A stretch of 25,596 nucleotides of DNA from a virus. Lineage: Duplodnaviria > Caudoviricetes. The notes beneath the pieces were generated by a model that was given only the letters and a program-made list of their open reading frames with translations, did no database searches and had not been told where the DNA came from. The position numbers were made by a program, and so were the translations under genes. Positions 24,045 through 25,596 of this stretch are shown here, piece by piece; the first letter of the stretch is position 1, and each line of letters begins with the position of its first letter. The stretch is from positions 1 through 25,596 of the IMG/VR virus record IMGVR_UViG_3300046374_000007; one strand, 5' to 3'.

Positions 24045-24612
24045 GGACCGTTTTCTCGACCTGGTTAGCCATGCGCCGCTGATCGCCTTCCAGAAGCTCG
24101 AATACGGCTATGCGATGGCGGCGCCAGGCGAAGCATATTACGCGCCGCTGAAGCACCCTGGCGGCGGCAATCTCCCCGACGACTTTGAGCCATTTCTGGG
24201 AGGACGCTTCCTTACGCGCATGTCGAGGCCGGCGCTCCGAACGCTTCGCCCGACCGCCAAGCCGATCCCCACCGAGGCGCTCGCCAATTACCTGCGCGCC
24301 GCCTTCTTCGCTGGGCCAGAGCCGATGAGCGAGTACCAGAAAGCCGCCGGCGATCATCCCACGGTCGTGGAGTCCGAGTGCCAGATTGTCATCTTGGCGA
24401 TCGAGGAGAACGAGCGTCCGGATCTCCGAGAGGCGCTGAAGTCGCTCAAGCGCGATGCGATGAGCGATGCGCTCGACCTGGTGATTGAGCACGCCGAGCA
24501 GGCGCGCGAGTTCTGCGAGGTTGGCGACGACAAGCCGATGCAGATCCGGCTGCACCTGATGCAGTCGGTCCAAGCGATGAAGACCTGTCTCGAGATGCTG
24601 CTGAAGCCATGA
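24022..24612 (+). CDS. Hypothetical protein; N-terminus resembles a degenerate PolA 3'-5' exonuclease segment
   Basis: APLIAF...GY...YYAPLKHPGGGNL..DFE; no D-x-E ExoI motif. Confidence 0.55.
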   Translation: MIHAKIDEDRFLDLVSHAPLIAFQKLEYGYAMAAPGEAYYAPLKHPGGGNLPDDFEPFLGGRFLTRMSRPALRTLRPTAKPIPTEALANYLRAAFFAGPEPMSEYQKAAGDHPTVVESECQIVILAIEENERPDLREALKSLKRDAMSDALDLVIEHAEQAREFCEVGDDKPMQIRLHLMQSVQAMKTCLEMLLKP

Positions 24613-24755
24613 CGCGCGCCGCCGCTCTCAAGGTGCGCTGCCCCGATTGCGGAGCCGAACCAGGCTTTGCTTGCCGAGGCGCGCGCAAGCCGCGCCAACC
24701 GCGTGTGTCGGTTCATCGCGAGCGATGGAATCTCGCGAGGAAACTGCAGCCATGA
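24609..24755 (+). CDS. Small zinc-finger protein
   Basis: Not in the track: MTRAAALKVRCPDCGAEPGFACRGARKPRQPRVSVHRERWNLARKLQP (C3H); ATGA overlaps at both ends. Confidence 0.75.
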   Translation: MTRAAALKVRCPDCGAEPGFACRGARKPRQPRVSVHRERWNLARKLQP

Positions 24756-24949
24756 CGCTCGTCGAGTTTCTCGCCCGCTGCCTGGCGGCGCGCAAAATGT
24801 CCCTGATCAAGGACAAGCGCGGAGTACGGTTGTCCGACGAGCTCTGGATGCAAGCGATTCCAGAAGCCGAGTTCGTCCTCGAGACAATCCATCAATACGA
24901 ACTCCACGAAATTGTTCGCCAGTTTCACGAAAGCGAGGAAGGCGAGTGA
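24752..24949 (+). CDS. Hypothetical protein
   Basis: GAGGA SD; MTLVEFLARCLAARK... Confidence 0.65.
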   Translation: MTLVEFLARCLAARKMSLIKDKRGVRLSDELWMQAIPEAEFVLETIHQYELHEIVRQFHESEEGE

Positions 24950-25173
24950 CCAACGATCCGCCAAAGATTGAGAAAAGAGTTCCCATTCCAGAGCGGATCG
25001 TGGCGCCGGGATATCCATTCGATCAAATGGAGGTTGGCGATAGTTTTTCCGTTCCGATCAAACAGTTGAACAGCGCTCGCGCGAGTATGCATTATGAGCA
25101 CCGCAAAAACGATGGAAGGCGATTTATATCTCGAACAAATAGCAAAGCCGCCCGCTTTTGGCGCGTGAAATGA
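24946..25173 (+). CDS. Small phage DNA-binding-like protein
   Basis: KIEKRVPIP....YPFDQMEVGDSF.VP...RF.SRT....RFWR family pattern; GTGA overlap. Confidence 0.78.
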   Translation: MTNDPPKIEKRVPIPERIVAPGYPFDQMEVGDSFSVPIKQLNSARASMHYEHRKNDGRRFISRTNSKAARFWRVK

Positions 25174-25565
25174 TTTCGATGAATCTAGAAAGCAAGCTCA
25201 AGGCTAACCTGGTCACCGAGTGCAAGAAGTTGGGCGCTTATGCGCGTCGGCATGAAGATAGGTATGCGCTCGGGCTTCTCGATCTCTCGATCAAGTTTCC
25301 CGGTCATCCGCACTTGCTCGCAGAAGCCAAGATCGTTGAGCATCAATTATTCCAGCCAACAGGGCGTCAGTACCAAGAAGGCAAGCAATACACCGCGGCC
25401 GGCGGACTCTGTTGCCTGATCGGTTTCGATAAGCAGACCAAGGTAATGTTCATTCATCCTTGGGCAGCAAAGGCAATGAAGGCAGATTCCTTCCCCCCTG
25501 GCGGCGGCTACAAGTCGCACGCCGAAACCTTGCGAGATTGGCTGCGATGGGTAACGACAAAATGA
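25170..25565 (+). CDS. PD-(D/E)xK nuclease (VRR-NUC/Holliday junction resolvase-like)
   Basis: ESKL.....RHED....GLLDL......LAEAK...PT.RQ......AAGG. Confidence 0.72.
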   Translation: MISMNLESKLKANLVTECKKLGAYARRHEDRYALGLLDLSIKFPGHPHLLAEAKIVEHQLFQPTGRQYQEGKQYTAAGGLCCLIGFDKQTKVMFIHPWAAKAMKADSFPPGGGYKSHAETLRDWLRWVTTK

Positions 25566-25596
25566 GCTTTGCCGGCATTGCCCAGGCGATGAAGCA
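25562..25596 (+). CDS. Partial ORF running off the window
   Basis: ATGA overlap; MSFAGIAQAMK... Confidence 0.4.
   Translation, partial: MSFAGIAQAMK

Noticed and set aside
1-25596. Integrase/att site, tRNA, rRNA, IS element or reverse transcriptase/DGR
   Set aside because: No such motifs recognised; lifestyle cannot be determined from this window.

Overview
This window is a fragment of a tailed-phage (Caudoviricetes, podovirus-like) genome, probably infecting an Alphaproteobacterium; that host call rests on a PEPxxWA-type sorting signal and CTTGnn-N16/18-CTATAT-like promoters. It has two divergent arms. The minus arm (11.6 kb to 1) is the late operon: small and large terminase, then a cassette of radical SAM enzyme, ribbon-helix-helix regulator, PEP-CTERM surface protein, small membrane ORF and a 22-aa Pro/Gly/Trp repeat protein, then portal, scaffold, major capsid, two small proteins, a GH19 endolysin, two membrane proteins and a partial HNH-like ORF. 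The plus arm (12.1 kb to end) holds small early genes behind repeated promoters and leaders, two paralogous HTH proteins, a doubly deleted methyltransferase pseudogene, a primase-like/SF3 helicase fusion, an NPPF methyltransferase, an Ig-like/low-complexity island, an SSB-like gene, a PolA-exonuclease-like remnant and a PD-(D/E)xK nuclease. The intergenic region has IHF-like sites, a G8 run and a bipartite inverted repeat around an AT-rich core (candidate packaging site and origin). The most notable observations are the phage-encoded exosortase substrate and its cassette, and the apparent decay of several replication/modification enzymes. All family calls come from reading motifs by eye, not from database searches.
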